Assembly (NCBI GenBank): GCA_963674945.2
Contig: CAXXWQ010000004.1
Coordinates: 1,408,001 to 1,472,000, forward strand
DNA from: an uncultured Desulfosarcina sp.
GTDB taxonomy: Bacteria; Desulfobacterota; Desulfobacteria; Desulfobacterales; Desulfosarcinaceae
Length of the DNA stretch: 64,000 nucleotides
Direction of reading: 5' to 3'
Shown here: one piece after another, positions 10,792-20,869 of the stretch
Layout of the letters: the number at the start of each line of letters is the position of its first letter
Numbering within the stretch: position 1 is the first letter of the stretch
Program-made: the position numbers and the translations under genes
The notes under the pieces: model-generated
What the model saw: the letters and a program-made list of their open reading frames with translations, nothing else
Database searches by the model: none
What the model was told of the DNA's origin: nothing

Positions 10792-10980
10792 CTATAGTTT
10801 AGAAGGTATCTTAGGTTGATTGCCCGCTATTTCAACAATGGTTTCCAGGCGGACAATCCTTCTGTCATGGGATTGCAACTCTTTGGAAATTTCAGACAGC
10901 AACATCCCGGCGCGTTCAACCTTATCGGTTAACAGCATGACCTCTTTTACCGCCGCCATTACATCGGCAAAAGTACTCAA
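10792..10980 (-). CDS. small coiled-coil hypothetical protein
   Basis: 62 aa, TTG start 1 nt after upstream stop, ggggag RBS. Confidence 0.65.
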   Translation of the reverse strand: MSTFADVMAAVKEVMLLTDKVERAGMLLSEISKELQSHDRRIVRLETIVEIAGNQPKIPSKL

Positions 10981-10981
10981 A

Positions 10982-11248
10982 TCAACTCCCCCTTAATTGA
11001 TGTAACGCTTTTTCCGCATCGGCGATGCCTTTGTTTAAGGATTTCTTTGCCCTTTTGGCCGCCTGTTGAAGCTCGGCCGTTAAAAGCGCCAACATCTTCT
11101 CCTCATCATTTACCGGTCTTTTTTCGCAACGCTGACGGACAAGTTGAGAAACGCTAATGCCTTCCTTTTTGGCTTCTTTATGCAAATATGCCTTGAAGTC
11201 AGGCGTTCCTAAAATTGTTATGCGTTCCGTTTTAACCGATGTTTGCAT
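10982..11248 (-). CDS. ribbon-helix-helix-like DNA-binding protein
   Basis: KTERITILGTPDFKAYLHKEAKKEGISVSQLVRQ RHH pattern; aagggg RBS. Confidence 0.7.
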   Translation of the reverse strand: MQTSVKTERITILGTPDFKAYLHKEAKKEGISVSQLVRQRCEKRPVNDEEKMLALLTAELQQAAKRAKKSLNKGIADAEKALHQLRGS

Positions 11249-11267
11249 GATCGACCCCTTTTTTATT

Positions 11268-11293
11268 CATATTATCATTATCATGATAATATG
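11268..11293. promoter_or_regulatory. palindromic operator upstream of the RHH gene
   Basis: CATATTATCA-N6-TGATAATATG perfect 10-bp inverted repeat, overlapping ATTATCATGATAAT. Confidence 0.5.
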
Positions 11294-11342
11294 ATAAGGT
11301 GAAGTCGACGTCAACTGGAAAAAAGATACTGTTTCTGCGCAA

Positions 11343-13823
11343 TTATCCGCACTTGGTGAACCCGCAGAAATGACAGGTCATACACCCTTCCTCGAAGCTG
11401 ATGGTCTGGCCGCACTCAGGACAGACCTCCCCCATAAGGCTGTTGCCGCGCTTCTTTTTCTTATCTTCCATGAGATAGCGCTTTTCCAGAACGCGTGCGA
11501 TGGCATCGGGTATGGAAAGTACGAGCCCCCCATTCTGAAAAACGGGATGTTCGCCGCCGATCCCTTTCAACTGCTCCACGACCTTGTCCACCGTCACACC
11601 GGATCGAAAGGCCAGGGAGACCAACCGACCGATGGCCTCGGTTTTGGCCGTGGTGGAGCGGCCCGACTTTCCGATGGTGGCGAAAACCTCGAAGGGCTTG
11701 CCGTGATACTCCGTCACCGTCACATAAAGCTGACCCAATCCGGTTTTCACCCTTGTCGTAAAGCCATCTAACGTGTCGGGCCGTTTTCGGACCGCAGTCA
11801 TGAAGGCGTCTTCTTTCCCCTGGGTCGTCGATATGGACAGCACCTGATTCTCCTTGCTGCCATCCCGGTAGATGGTGACCCCCTTACAGCCAAGTTCCCA
11901 GGCCAAGTCGTATATCTTCCGGACATCTTCCACCGTGGTGTCGTGTGCCAGATTAACGGTCTTGGACACGGCGTTGTCCGTGTATTTCTGAAAGGCCGCC
12001 TGCATTCGAAGATGCCACTCCGGGGTAATATCGTGTGCCGTGACAAATACCCCTTTGACCGTTTCGGGTATTTCGGCCATATTTGCGATGGAGCCCGTGG
12101 TCGCCACGGCCTCCATGAGGGCTTCGGAATAGATCCCCTCTTTGCGCACTGCGGCCTCGAAATGGGGATTGACCTCCATTAGCTTGTCATTGTCCATGAC
12201 GGTTCGAATGAAACTTAACGCAAACAGCGGTTCGATACCGGACGAACAATTGCTGATGATGCTCAAGGTGCCGGTGGGGGCGATGGTGGTGGTTGTGGCG
12301 TTGCGGTATGCGGCTTTTTCATCACCGGCAAAACGGCTTTGGCCGTAGTTGGGAAATACACCGCGCTTCCGTGCGAGGGCGAGGGAGGCCTGGTGGGACT
12401 CTTCCTGGATGAAAGCCATGACCTTCTCGGCGACGGCGATTGCCTCGTCGCTGTTGTAGGGGATGGACAGCTGGAACAGAAGATCGGCGAATCCCATCAC
12501 CCCCAATCCGATCTTACGATTCCCCTTGACCATCCGGTCGATGGCGGCAAGGGGATAACGGGACATGTCGATGGTGTTATCCAGGAAGCGAACCGCGGTC
12601 CAGACGGTATTTTTCAGTTCATCGAAATCGATCAACGCATACCCCTTTTCCTGGACCACGAACCTGGACAGATTGATGGATCCGAGGTTGCACGCCTCCA
12701 TGGGCAAAAGCGGCTGTTCGCCACACGGATTGGTACTCTCGATCTCTCCCAGCGCCGGAGTAGGGTTATCCCGGTTGAGGCGATCGAGAAAGACGATGCC
12801 CGGATCCCCGCTTTTCCAGGCGTGTTCGGTCAGGGCCGCATATACCTCGTTTGCATTCAAGGTACCCACGTGCTGCTGATCCCTGGGATCCACCAGGTCG
12901 TAGCTTTCCCCGTTTTCGACGGCTTTCATGAAAGTGTCGGTGATTCCCACGGAGATATTGAAATTATTCAACGATGCCGTATCGGCCTTGCAGTGGATGA
13001 ACTCCATGATATCCGGATGATCCACGCGTAGAATCGCCATGTTGGCACCCCTTCGGGTCCCCCCCTGCTTGACCTGTTCGGTGGCCGTATTAAAGATCTT
13101 CATGAAAGAAACCGGACCCGATGCGATACCGCCGGTTGTTCCCACCATGGAATTCTTCGGCCTCAGGCGGGAAAAGGAAAAACCGGTGCCACCTCCGGAT
13201 TTATGTATGATGGCGGCATTTTTCAGTGAGGAAAAAATCCCTTCCATGCTGTCTTCCACGGGCAGCACGAAGCACGCGGCAAGCTGTCCCAACCGTCTGC
13301 CGGCATTCATCAGTGTGGGCGAGTTTGGCAGAAATTTGAATTGTGTCATCAGTGAATAAAACTGCCCGGCAACTTCTTGGACATCCGCCTTTTCATCGTA
13401 TTGCAGCTCTGCCTGGGCGATGTGGTTGGCCACCCGATGAAACATCTGTACCGGCGTTTCCTTCAATCGGCCGTCCACGTCTTTTTTCAGGTAGCGTCTC
13501 TCCAGAACGGTCTTGGCATTGGTGGAAAGATGCAGACCGTTTTTGATGAACATATCCTTGGTCAGCCGCACGGAGGTTTTGGTGTCCAGGCCGTACTCGG
13601 AAAGTTTGGCCTTAATCAACTCATCCACCATGGGGCCGGTAACGTGACCGAGATCCATCCGTTCGATGGCCGATCGAATGAAATGATAAATCTCTTTGGC
13701 CTGTTTTTCATTCACGGCATTGGCGCCGATCAAGCTTTTACAAAAGGCATGATCATCCCAAACATAGGTGTTCAGGTCCACGTTTCCGTCATGGGTGATG
13801 ATGATTTTCTCTTTGGCGGCCAT
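11343..13823 (-). CDS. nrdJ: class II (adenosylcobalamin-dependent) ribonucleotide reductase
   Basis: PNSPTLMNAG, LAACFV, STNPCGEQPL, TIAPTGT, C-terminal CPEC/CHFC zinc ribbon. Confidence 0.93.
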   Translation of the reverse strand: MAAKEKIIITHDGNVDLNTYVWDDHAFCKSLIGANAVNEKQAKEIYHFIRSAIERMDLGHVTGPMVDELIKAKLSEYGLDTKTSVRLTKDMFIKNGLHLSTNAKTVLERRYLKKDVDGRLKETPVQMFHRVANHIAQAELQYDEKADVQEVAGQFYSLMTQFKFLPNSPTLMNAGRRLGQLAACFVLPVEDSMEGIFSSLKNAAIIHKSGGGTGFSFSRLRPKNSMVGTTGGIASGPVSFMKIFNTATEQVKQGGTRRGANMAILRVDHPDIMEFIHCKADTASLNNFNISVGITDTFMKAVENGESYDLVDPRDQQHVGTLNANEVYAALTEHAWKSGDPGIVFLDRLNRDNPTPALGEIESTNPCGEQPLLPMEACNLGSINLSRFVVQEKGYALIDFDELKNTVWTAVRFLDNTIDMSRYPLAAIDRMVKGNRKIGLGVMGFADLLFQLSIPYNSDEAIAVAEKVMAFIQEESHQASLALARKRGVFPNYGQSRFAGDEKAAYRNATTTTIAPTGTLSIISNCSSGIEPLFALSFIRTVMDNDKLMEVNPHFEAAVRKEGIYSEALMEAVATTGSIANMAEIPETVKGVFVTAHDITPEWHLRMQAAFQKYTDNAVSKTVNLAHDTTVEDVRKIYDLAWELGCKGVTIYRDGSKENQVLSISTTQGKEDAFMTAVRKRPDTLDGFTTRVKTGLGQLYVTVTEYHGKPFEVFATIGKSGRSTTAKTEAIGRLVSLAFRSGVTVDKVVEQLKGIGGEHPVFQNGGLVLSIPDAIARVLEKRYLMEDKKKKRGNSLMGEVCPECGQTISFEEGCMTCHFCGFTKCG

Positions 13824-14048
13824 GGATGCAAATTCTCCGTTGGTTGATGTCAATGGTAAAGACAGGTGTTTCGTATTCGAGACCCTACCTATCGATTCAA
13901 CGACCACCCGGAAAGCGGGTGGCTTGAAATAACGCCGATGGACCGGATTTCCAAAAGCACGTCAGTGCTGTAACGTTCGGGTTGTAACCGGAGGCAAAGC
14001 ACCCGGTTTGAATACTGCGAATAATGGAGGTTGAAGCCTTAAAATCCC

Positions 14049-14095
14049 ATACAACATATTGTATGTCAAGTTTATTTTAACACAACATATGTGGG
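14049..14095. promoter_or_regulatory. tandem NrdR boxes (nrdJ side)
   Basis: ATACAACATATTGTAT (14049) and ACACAACATATGTGGG (14080), 31 bp apart. Confidence 0.75.
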
Positions 14096-14212
14096 TGTAA
14101 AAGAGGGCGTTGGGACCAAAAAATATTGACCGACAACCCGGGACCGGCACGGTGACGGCATTTTTTTCGCAGCAAACACAAGGGGTTGAACATTCCCACC
14201 GATCGTGTGTGG

Positions 14213-14259
14213 CTACTACATATGGTAAAAGCGTCTTGACAGACAACAACATCTTGTCA
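14213..14259. promoter_or_regulatory. tandem NrdR boxes (nrdD side)
   Basis: CTACTACATATGGTAA (14213) and CAACAACATCTTGTCA (14244), 31 bp apart, flanking TTGACA at 14236. Confidence 0.75.
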
Positions 14260-14408
14260 TATACAACCTACTATTGCCCCGGAACGCCATGGGGCTTTGC
14301 ATTCCCAAACAGTTCGTCGGCGACAGTCCGTCGTGAAGACGCCCTTTGGAACAAAATTCGTCGCAACCAATCCGTATTAACCAACTTTTTGCGCCTGAGG
14401 AGAGCCCC

Positions 14409-16634
14409 GTGATTGAAAAGATCAAAAAGCGTGACAATCGCATTGTCGAGTTTGACCCGTCCAAAATCACCGCCGCCATCGCAAAGGCCGGTCACGCCTC
14501 AAAGGAATTCGGGGAGCGGGAAGCCAAAAAGTTGACCCTTCGGGTCCTGACCCTCGCCCACGAGCTTCGCCTTGGGCCCACGCCTGAGGTGGAAGAGATA
14601 CAGGACATCGTGGAACGGGTGCTGCTGGACTCTCCTTATTACAAAACAGCCAAAGCCTACATCATCTACAGGGAGCAACATGCCCAGATCCGACGCATCG
14701 CCACAGAGGCCCAGGTGGATCTGGTGGACCACTATATCCGAAAACTCGATTGGAAAATCAAAGAAAACAGCAATATGTGCTACTCCCTGCAGGGACTCAA
14801 CAACTACATCTCCTCTGACGTCACGGCGGAGTACTGGCTCAACAAGATCTATCCGCCGGAAATCCGGCGAGCTCATGCCGACGGCGATCTTCACATCCAC
14901 GACCTGAGCCTGTTGTCGGTCTACTGTGTGGGATGGGATCTCACCGATCTTTTGCACAACGGATTCAAGGGTGTCGAGGGAAAGGTAGAGAGTGCCCCTC
15001 CCAAACACCTGCGGTCGGCCCTGGGCCAGATCGTCAACTTCTTCTACACGCTCCAGGGAGAGGCGGCTGGAGCCCAGGCCCTGTCCAATTTCGACACCTT
15101 GCTGGCACCCTTTATCAGATACGACAAACTCAACTATACCAAAGTCAAACAGGCCCTTCAGGAATTCGTCTTCAACATCAACATCCCGACGCGAGTGGGC
15201 TTTCAAACACCGTTTACCAACATTACCATGGACCTCTACGTGCCCGACATGCTGAAGGACAATCCGGTGATCATCGGTGGCAGGGAGATCGATGCCACCT
15301 ACGGTGAATTCCAAGAGGAAATGGATCTTCTGAACCGTGCATTCGCCGAGGTAATGATCGAAGGAGACGCCAAGGGGCGCGTTTTCACCTTTCCCATTCC
15401 CACATACAACATCACCAAGGATTTCGATTGGGACAACCCCAACCTGGACCCCATCTGGCGGATGACCGGGAAATACGGCATCCCCTATTTTTCCAACTTC
15501 GTCAATTCGGACATGTCACCGGAAGACGCCCGCAGCATGTGTTGTCGCCTTCGGTTGGATAACCGTGAACTGCTCAAACGCGGCGGCGGTCTTTTCGGTG
15601 CCAATCCCCTCACCGGTTCCATCGGCGTCGTCACCATCAACCTGCCCCGAATCGGCCACGTGTCCAAGGACGAAACCGAATTCTTCGATCATCTTCGCAT
15701 GCGGGTCGACCTGGCAATCGAGAGCCTGGCTATCAAACGAAAGGTATTGGAACAATTCACCACCAAAAACCTGTATCCCTATTCCAAATTTTACCTGCGC
15801 TCCATAAAGGAGCGATCCGGTGTTTTCTGGAAGAACCATTTTTCCACCATCGGCATCCTCGGCATGAACGAAGCCTGCCTGAACTTTTTGGGAGAGGAAA
15901 TCACGACGGCAAAGGGCCAGGCATTTGCCGTGAAGGTAATGGATGCCCTGCGCAGTATTCTCGCAGAGATGCAGGACCAAACGGGGGATATTTTCAATCT
16001 GGAGGCCACGCCGGCCGAAGGAACATCCTACCGTTTGGCCATGATCGACAAGAAACGTTATCCGGAAATAGTCTGTGCCAACGAAAAAGACGTCCAGATG
16101 GGTGCGGCACCCTACTATACCAACTCCACCCAGTTGCCGGTGAATCACACGGACGATATCTTCGAGACCCTCATGCTGCAGGACAATCTGCAAACCAAGT
16201 ATACCGGCGGTACGGTATTGCACCTGTTTTTGGGAGAACAGGTCTCCGACATCGAGACGGTGAAGGCCCTGGTTCGAAAAGTCTCCGCCAACTATCGACT
16301 CCCCTATTTTACCCTTACCCCCACCTTTTCGGTTTGTCCCTCCCATGGCTATCTCAGCGGAGAACAGACCCGTTGCGCCAAATGCGACCGTGAAACGGAA
16401 GTGTACAGTCGCGTGGTCGGTTACCTTCGGCCGGTAAAACAGTGGAACGACGGGAAACAGGCTGAATACCAGCGGAGAAAAACCTTCCGGGTGGAAAGGA
16501 TCACCGCGGGTGTATCCGCAGCCACGCCCATGAAGATCGGAAAGGGGAAGAAAAAAACCGTGGGTGTGTCACTGCATACGATGGACGCTTCCACCGATTT
16601 GGATGATATGAGCATCCGCCTCAAAACAGTATAG
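14409..16634 (+). CDS. nrdD: class III anaerobic ribonucleoside-triphosphate reductase
   Basis: ATP cone, SMCCRL, EATPAE, glycyl-radical YSRVVGYLRPV; GTG after aggag. Confidence 0.95.
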   Translation: MIEKIKKRDNRIVEFDPSKITAAIAKAGHASKEFGEREAKKLTLRVLTLAHELRLGPTPEVEEIQDIVERVLLDSPYYKTAKAYIIYREQHAQIRRIATEAQVDLVDHYIRKLDWKIKENSNMCYSLQGLNNYISSDVTAEYWLNKIYPPEIRRAHADGDLHIHDLSLLSVYCVGWDLTDLLHNGFKGVEGKVESAPPKHLRSALGQIVNFFYTLQGEAAGAQALSNFDTLLAPFIRYDKLNYTKVKQALQEFVFNINIPTRVGFQTPFTNITMDLYVPDMLKDNPVIIGGREIDATYGEFQEEMDLLNRAFAEVMIEGDAKGRVFTFPIPTYNITKDFDWDNPNLDPIWRMTGKYGIPYFSNFVNSDMSPEDARSMCCRLRLDNRELLKRGGGLFGANPLTGSIGVVTINLPRIGHVSKDETEFFDHLRMRVDLAIESLAIKRKVLEQFTTKNLYPYSKFYLRSIKERSGVFWKNHFSTIGILGMNEACLNFLGEEITTAKGQAFAVKVMDALRSILAEMQDQTGDIFNLEATPAEGTSYRLAMIDKKRYPEIVCANEKDVQMGAAPYYTNSTQLPVNHTDDIFETLMLQDNLQTKYTGGTVLHLFLGEQVSDIETVKALVRKVSANYRLPYFTLTPTFSVCPSHGYLSGEQTRCAKCDRETEVYSRVVGYLRPVKQWNDGKQAEYQRRKTFRVERITAGVSAATPMKIGKGKKKTVGVSLHTMDASTDLDDMSIRLKTV

Positions 16635-16650
16635 GGCTTTTTATCATATT

Positions 16651-17355
16651 TTGATGCTTCTGGCCGGTTACCAAAAAAATTCCTTCATCGACTATCCCGG
16701 CAAGATCGCCTGCGTCTTGTTCACCACCGGGTGTAATTTCACCTGCCCCTATTGCCACAACCCGGCGCTCGCACGGGGCGAGTATCCCATGCGGATCGAA
16801 CCGGAGACGATCATGGCCTTTTTGCAGTCCCGCAAAGGACTGCTCGAGGGCGTGACCATTACCGGCGGCGAGCCAACACTGCATCGGGGGGATCTTCTCG
16901 ATTTGTGCAAATCCATCAAAGCCATGGGATACCCGGTGAAGCTGGACACGAACGGCAGCCGGCCCGAAGTGCTGGAAGCGCTGTTGGACCGACATCTGGT
17001 GGATTTTGTCGCCATGGACATCAAGGCACCGTTGGATGCCTACGGCCCTTTTTGCCCTGATCCGGATGTGGGCAAAAGGCTATCTGAAACCATCCGGCTC
17101 ATCCGCTCTTTTGCTCCGGCCTACGAATTTCGAACCACCTGCGTCGCCCCCTTCGTCGACGCCAAGGCAGTAAGAGTCATTTCCGAAACGATCAAGGGTG
17201 CAAAGCGGTACGTCCTTCAACCCTTCAATGGCCGAGGCGTTTGCCTGGATCCGGAATTCGGCCGCCGTCACGACCCTGCCGTGGATGGAAAAACCATGGA
17301 AGAATGGAAGGCGTCAATTCTCCCGAACGTTCCAAATTGTACGATCCGCGGTTAA
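16651..17355 (+). CDS. nrdG: anaerobic RNR activating radical SAM protein
   Basis: GCNFTCPYCHN, TGGEPT, LDTNG; follows nrdD. Confidence 0.92.
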   Translation: MMLLAGYQKNSFIDYPGKIACVLFTTGCNFTCPYCHNPALARGEYPMRIEPETIMAFLQSRKGLLEGVTITGGEPTLHRGDLLDLCKSIKAMGYPVKLDTNGSRPEVLEALLDRHLVDFVAMDIKAPLDAYGPFCPDPDVGKRLSETIRLIRSFAPAYEFRTTCVAPFVDAKAVRVISETIKGAKRYVLQPFNGRGVCLDPEFGRRHDPAVDGKTMEEWKASILPNVPNCTIRG

Positions 17356-17366
17356 AGAATAACAAC

Positions 17367-17689
17367 TCACCCGCGGAGCAGGTTTTTTGATGAATCCCCC
17401 CCGAAAAGGGCGAAAAACCAGTTTTATAAACGTCGAACACTGAACGTCCAACTTCGAATATCGAATAAGGAATTCTGTCGTTTGTTACAACTTGCAGCCC
17501 GGCTTCACTGGCGGCAACAAACAAAATATTTTTATCAAATGACAGAGCGAAGCGATCTCATCATTCAACGTTGAACGTTCGATGTTCAATGTTCCTAAAA
17601 TCTGATGCGAACGGGATGCCTCGCAGGATCGGTCCAAACCTTTTCTGGACTCTCTGGTAGAGACCGAGGTTTCATTGACTGCAATTTTC
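17367..17689. mobile_element. IS200/IS605-like miniature element with heptamer palindrome, copy 1
   Basis: collinear homology with 60392-60729; no ORF; family assignment inferred from terminal hairpins. Confidence 0.6.
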
Positions 17690-17720
17690 CAAATCGTGTT
17701 GGAAGTAGATCTTTCCCCTT

Positions 17721-18533
17721 TTACTCTTTTTCCATACCCGCTTTCCGATACAGGTCGAAAAAATGGTGTGTGGGACCGCATCCCTTTCCCAGAGGAAACG
17801 CATTTTCGATGGCACCGGTAACGTACTCTTTCGCCCGCGCCACCGCATCGAAGAAAGTACATCCTTTTGCCATGTAAGCGGCGATGGCCGAAGAGAAGGT
17901 ACACCCCGTGCCGTGGGTATTGACGGTGTCGATACGCCGGCCTTCCAGCAGATTGAATTCTTTCCCATCGAACACCACATCCACGGCAGGTCCCTTTGAC
18001 AGGTGCCCGCCTTTAATCACCACCATTTTCGCCCCCAGGGTGGAAATTTCCCTGGCGGCCGATTTCATCTCTTCCACGTCGCTAATGCTCTTTCCCAAAA
18101 GGGCTTCGACTTCCGGAAGGTTGGGCGTCACCACCTGGGCCAGGGGAAAAAGGTGCTCGATCAACGCCGCCTGGGCATTTGCCTTTAGCAGGGCATAGCC
18201 GCTTTTGGATATCATCACCGGATCGAGAACCACCGGTGGGAGGGCCGAAACGGCGCACAGTGCCCGGCCGATGGCTTCGATGAGGGGTATGCTGGCCACC
18301 ATGCCGATCTTTACGGCATGAATGGAGATGTCATCGAACAGACAACGGATCTGGTCGTGGACGATCTGAGGCCGCATCTCCTGGATGTCATGCACCTTCT
18401 GGGTGTTTTGCACGGTCACCGCCGTCACGGCGCTCATGCCGAATACCCCCAACGCCTGAAAAGTCTTCAGATCCGCCTGGATGCCTGCCCCACCCGAAGA
18501 ATCGGATCCGGCAATGGTCAATGCGACGCGCAT
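17721..18533 (-). CDS. thiD: hydroxymethylpyrimidine/phosphomethylpyrimidine kinase
   Basis: LTIAGSDSSGGAGIQADLKT, NTHGTGCT. Confidence 0.95.
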   Translation of the reverse strand: MRVALTIAGSDSSGGAGIQADLKTFQALGVFGMSAVTAVTVQNTQKVHDIQEMRPQIVHDQIRCLFDDISIHAVKIGMVASIPLIEAIGRALCAVSALPPVVLDPVMISKSGYALLKANAQAALIEHLFPLAQVVTPNLPEVEALLGKSISDVEEMKSAAREISTLGAKMVVIKGGHLSKGPAVDVVFDGKEFNLLEGRRIDTVNTHGTGCTFSSAIAAYMAKGCTFFDAVARAKEYVTGAIENAFPLGKGCGPTHHFFDLYRKAGMEKE

Positions 18534-18538
18534 GGTCT

Positions 18539-20008
18539 TTATTCCTTTTTTGATAACCCTAAAATTTCGCGAACCTGCCGTACGCCCCTGCGATTCATTT
18601 CCACCCAAGAGCCATCATCATCCGGTTTACGTTCGATATCCGTCAGCAATGCCTCAACCGCTTCACGTCCATCGGCCGTTCGGACCGCCTTGCGGGGCGT
18701 CTTCCCGTTCAACGCCGGCAGTTTCTCGTCAACCCACCCTATCCAATGCCGTTCCATCATCTCTTGGAGTTGGGCCATCACCTCCGGGTTCTTCATCAAT
18801 TCATCCGATTCGGCCAACGACGGAGGCTTTCCATCTCGGTCCATAGAGCGCTCCATCATGGCGTCCATATCCTGGATTTCATCCAGCCGGAAACGGGCGG
18901 TAGTCCCCAACCGCCGTTCCACTTCCTGACGAATCCTTTCGGCACGCCCGGCCGAATTGACATCGATGGTCATCTTCTCCTTGTCGATGCGGATATGACC
19001 AAAGATGGTGTTGTCCAATCCCGAATGCCCCTTGAATCCTTTTCCACTCCACGGGAATTCGACGGATATAATCTGTCCTTTGGCATCGAGTGTTGCCGCC
19101 TGCCGAAGCGTTTGCGGCGTTTCCGTCGCACATAACGAAGCCATCTTGCAGAAGGCCTCCTCCGACGACTCGATCTGGTACACCAGTTTATGGAATTCCA
19201 GAAAATCGCCGTCGGTATTGGTCAATTGCGGCGGTTGGTGAAGATGTTCCTCCATCGCCAAATAAAATTGACGGATGTCCATATCCCAGTCGTAAAGCTG
19301 TTCGTCGGTCACAGGCCTTCGCCCCTCGCGCAATCGGTTGCGTACATCGATGAGCTGCGGTTTGAATCCCGGCGGGATGATGGTGGTTCCCAGCCCGACA
19401 ATCATGCCAACCCCGTCAACCATCGCCGCGCGACCGAACACCATGTCCGTGGGTTGGAGGTACTCGGACCCCGCACACTCCTGAACGGTGATCTTCCAGC
19501 CGGTCAACACGTCTTTCAATACCATGGAACGCCCCAAATCCACCGACAGCACCTCGTAGAAACTATAGGGCTTTCGACCAAAGGCGGAGATGATTTTCGC
19601 TTCCAGGCTGTCGATGGCCGGACCGCGCTGCCGGGCATAATATTCCGCCACGGTCAGGTTGGCCGGACAATCCAGCGGCTCTTCGAAATCGTCGGGATCG
19701 TAATACCAGCTGAAAACAAACCACGGCCAGAACAAAGGACCGGCACGATCCAGCCTTTCGGCAGTGGGCACCAAATCATCCTCCGATTCCGGCCATCCCC
19801 AAAATTCATCGACTGCCGCCAGGATGGCCTCGTCGCCGAAGGCATCCCGGCCCTGTTTCATCAGCCGGTTCGCCAGCTTGTCGTGCGCCTTGGACAACCG
19901 GCGGTAATGCGCCTCTACCGAAGAAACGGCCTGCTGTTTCTGCAAACAGCATTTTTTGTATTTCTTCCCGCTACCGCAGGGACAGGGGGCGTTGCGGCCA
20001 ATATTCAT
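18539..20008 (-). CDS. SEC-C motif domain protein
   Basis: N-terminal GRNAPCPCGSGKKYKKCC; C-terminal WVDEKLPALNGKTPR. Confidence 0.85.
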   Translation of the reverse strand: MNIGRNAPCPCGSGKKYKKCCLQKQQAVSSVEAHYRRLSKAHDKLANRLMKQGRDAFGDEAILAAVDEFWGWPESEDDLVPTAERLDRAGPLFWPWFVFSWYYDPDDFEEPLDCPANLTVAEYYARQRGPAIDSLEAKIISAFGRKPYSFYEVLSVDLGRSMVLKDVLTGWKITVQECAGSEYLQPTDMVFGRAAMVDGVGMIVGLGTTIIPPGFKPQLIDVRNRLREGRRPVTDEQLYDWDMDIRQFYLAMEEHLHQPPQLTNTDGDFLEFHKLVYQIESSEEAFCKMASLCATETPQTLRQAATLDAKGQIISVEFPWSGKGFKGHSGLDNTIFGHIRIDKEKMTIDVNSAGRAERIRQEVERRLGTTARFRLDEIQDMDAMMERSMDRDGKPPSLAESDELMKNPEVMAQLQEMMERHWIGWVDEKLPALNGKTPRKAVRTADGREAVEALLTDIERKPDDDGSWVEMNRRGVRQVREILGLSKKE

Positions 20009-20010
20009 TT

Positions 20011-20845
20011 TTACTTTTCGCTTCTCTGTGATGGTCTCTTTTTTCGGGCCTCTTCAAGAACCATTGCAATACGCGATATCTCTTTCACCAGCGCGTACTG
20101 CCACTGACCGTATTGGCCGCTGGTATTCACGGCATCGACCCAGCGCCGGGCCGCCGCCTTTTTCTCCGATTCGAGGGGATCGAAGCCTTTTGTTTCGAGA
20201 ATAAGATACGAGTTCTGTGGCGTACCGTTTTTCAGACGGCACCCCGAAGATTTTGGCCACCTCCTCCGAAAATTTGCCGTCTTCGTCGACCTGGTAATTC
20301 ATGCGCCGCAGGCCCCGCCCCACCACCTGTTCGCACAGCAATTGGGACATGAACGGCCGCAACCCGATGATGTGCGTTACGCTGTTGCAGTCCCAACCTT
20401 CGGTCAGCATGCCCACGCTGACAATGCAGCGCACGTCTCGTCCAGGCGGGTGCAGCGGCCGCTCCAGTTTACGGGCCAGGGTTTCGAAGCCTTCGGGATG
20501 GATGGGACGTCCCTGCCGGTCGGTCGGCCAGGCACTCTTGCCAATCGTATCGAGTGTATGCCGCATCCATTGGATCTCATCGGCCTTGGCTTCGCCGGTA
20601 TCGGTCTCGTAAACCACCTTGGTGTCCACGCGAATCGTCCGAATTTCATCATCCGTATTACGAAACTCCGGCAGATTGGCCTCGGTGCCCATGCGCGCCA
20701 GGTAAAAGGGCGTAGCCGAGAAGTCCGCACAGAAATTGATTCCGCGAAGCCGCTGGATGCGATCCAGCCCCTCCACCCACACGGTAGCCTCCGGTTTTAA
20801 GGCCTCCTCTTCGGCCGCATCCTCGGCATCGTCGAAAAGATCCAA
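20011..20845 (-). pseudogene. deleted and frameshifted type III restriction endonuclease (Res) remnant
   Basis: [26 protein letters not shown], then shifted-frame [12 protein letters not shown]...RWVDAVN; far shorter than a full Res. Confidence 0.75.
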
Positions 20846-20869
20846 CTGCTCATCCGTGGTTCGATTGTG

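Noticed and set aside
13824..14408. Cobalamin riboswitch between nrdJ and nrdD
   Set aside because: No B12-box motifs recognised on either strand
17429..17594. CRISPR array suggested by short repeats
   Set aside because: Units are 7-mers forming one palindrome; no repeat-spacer periodicity and no cas genes in the window
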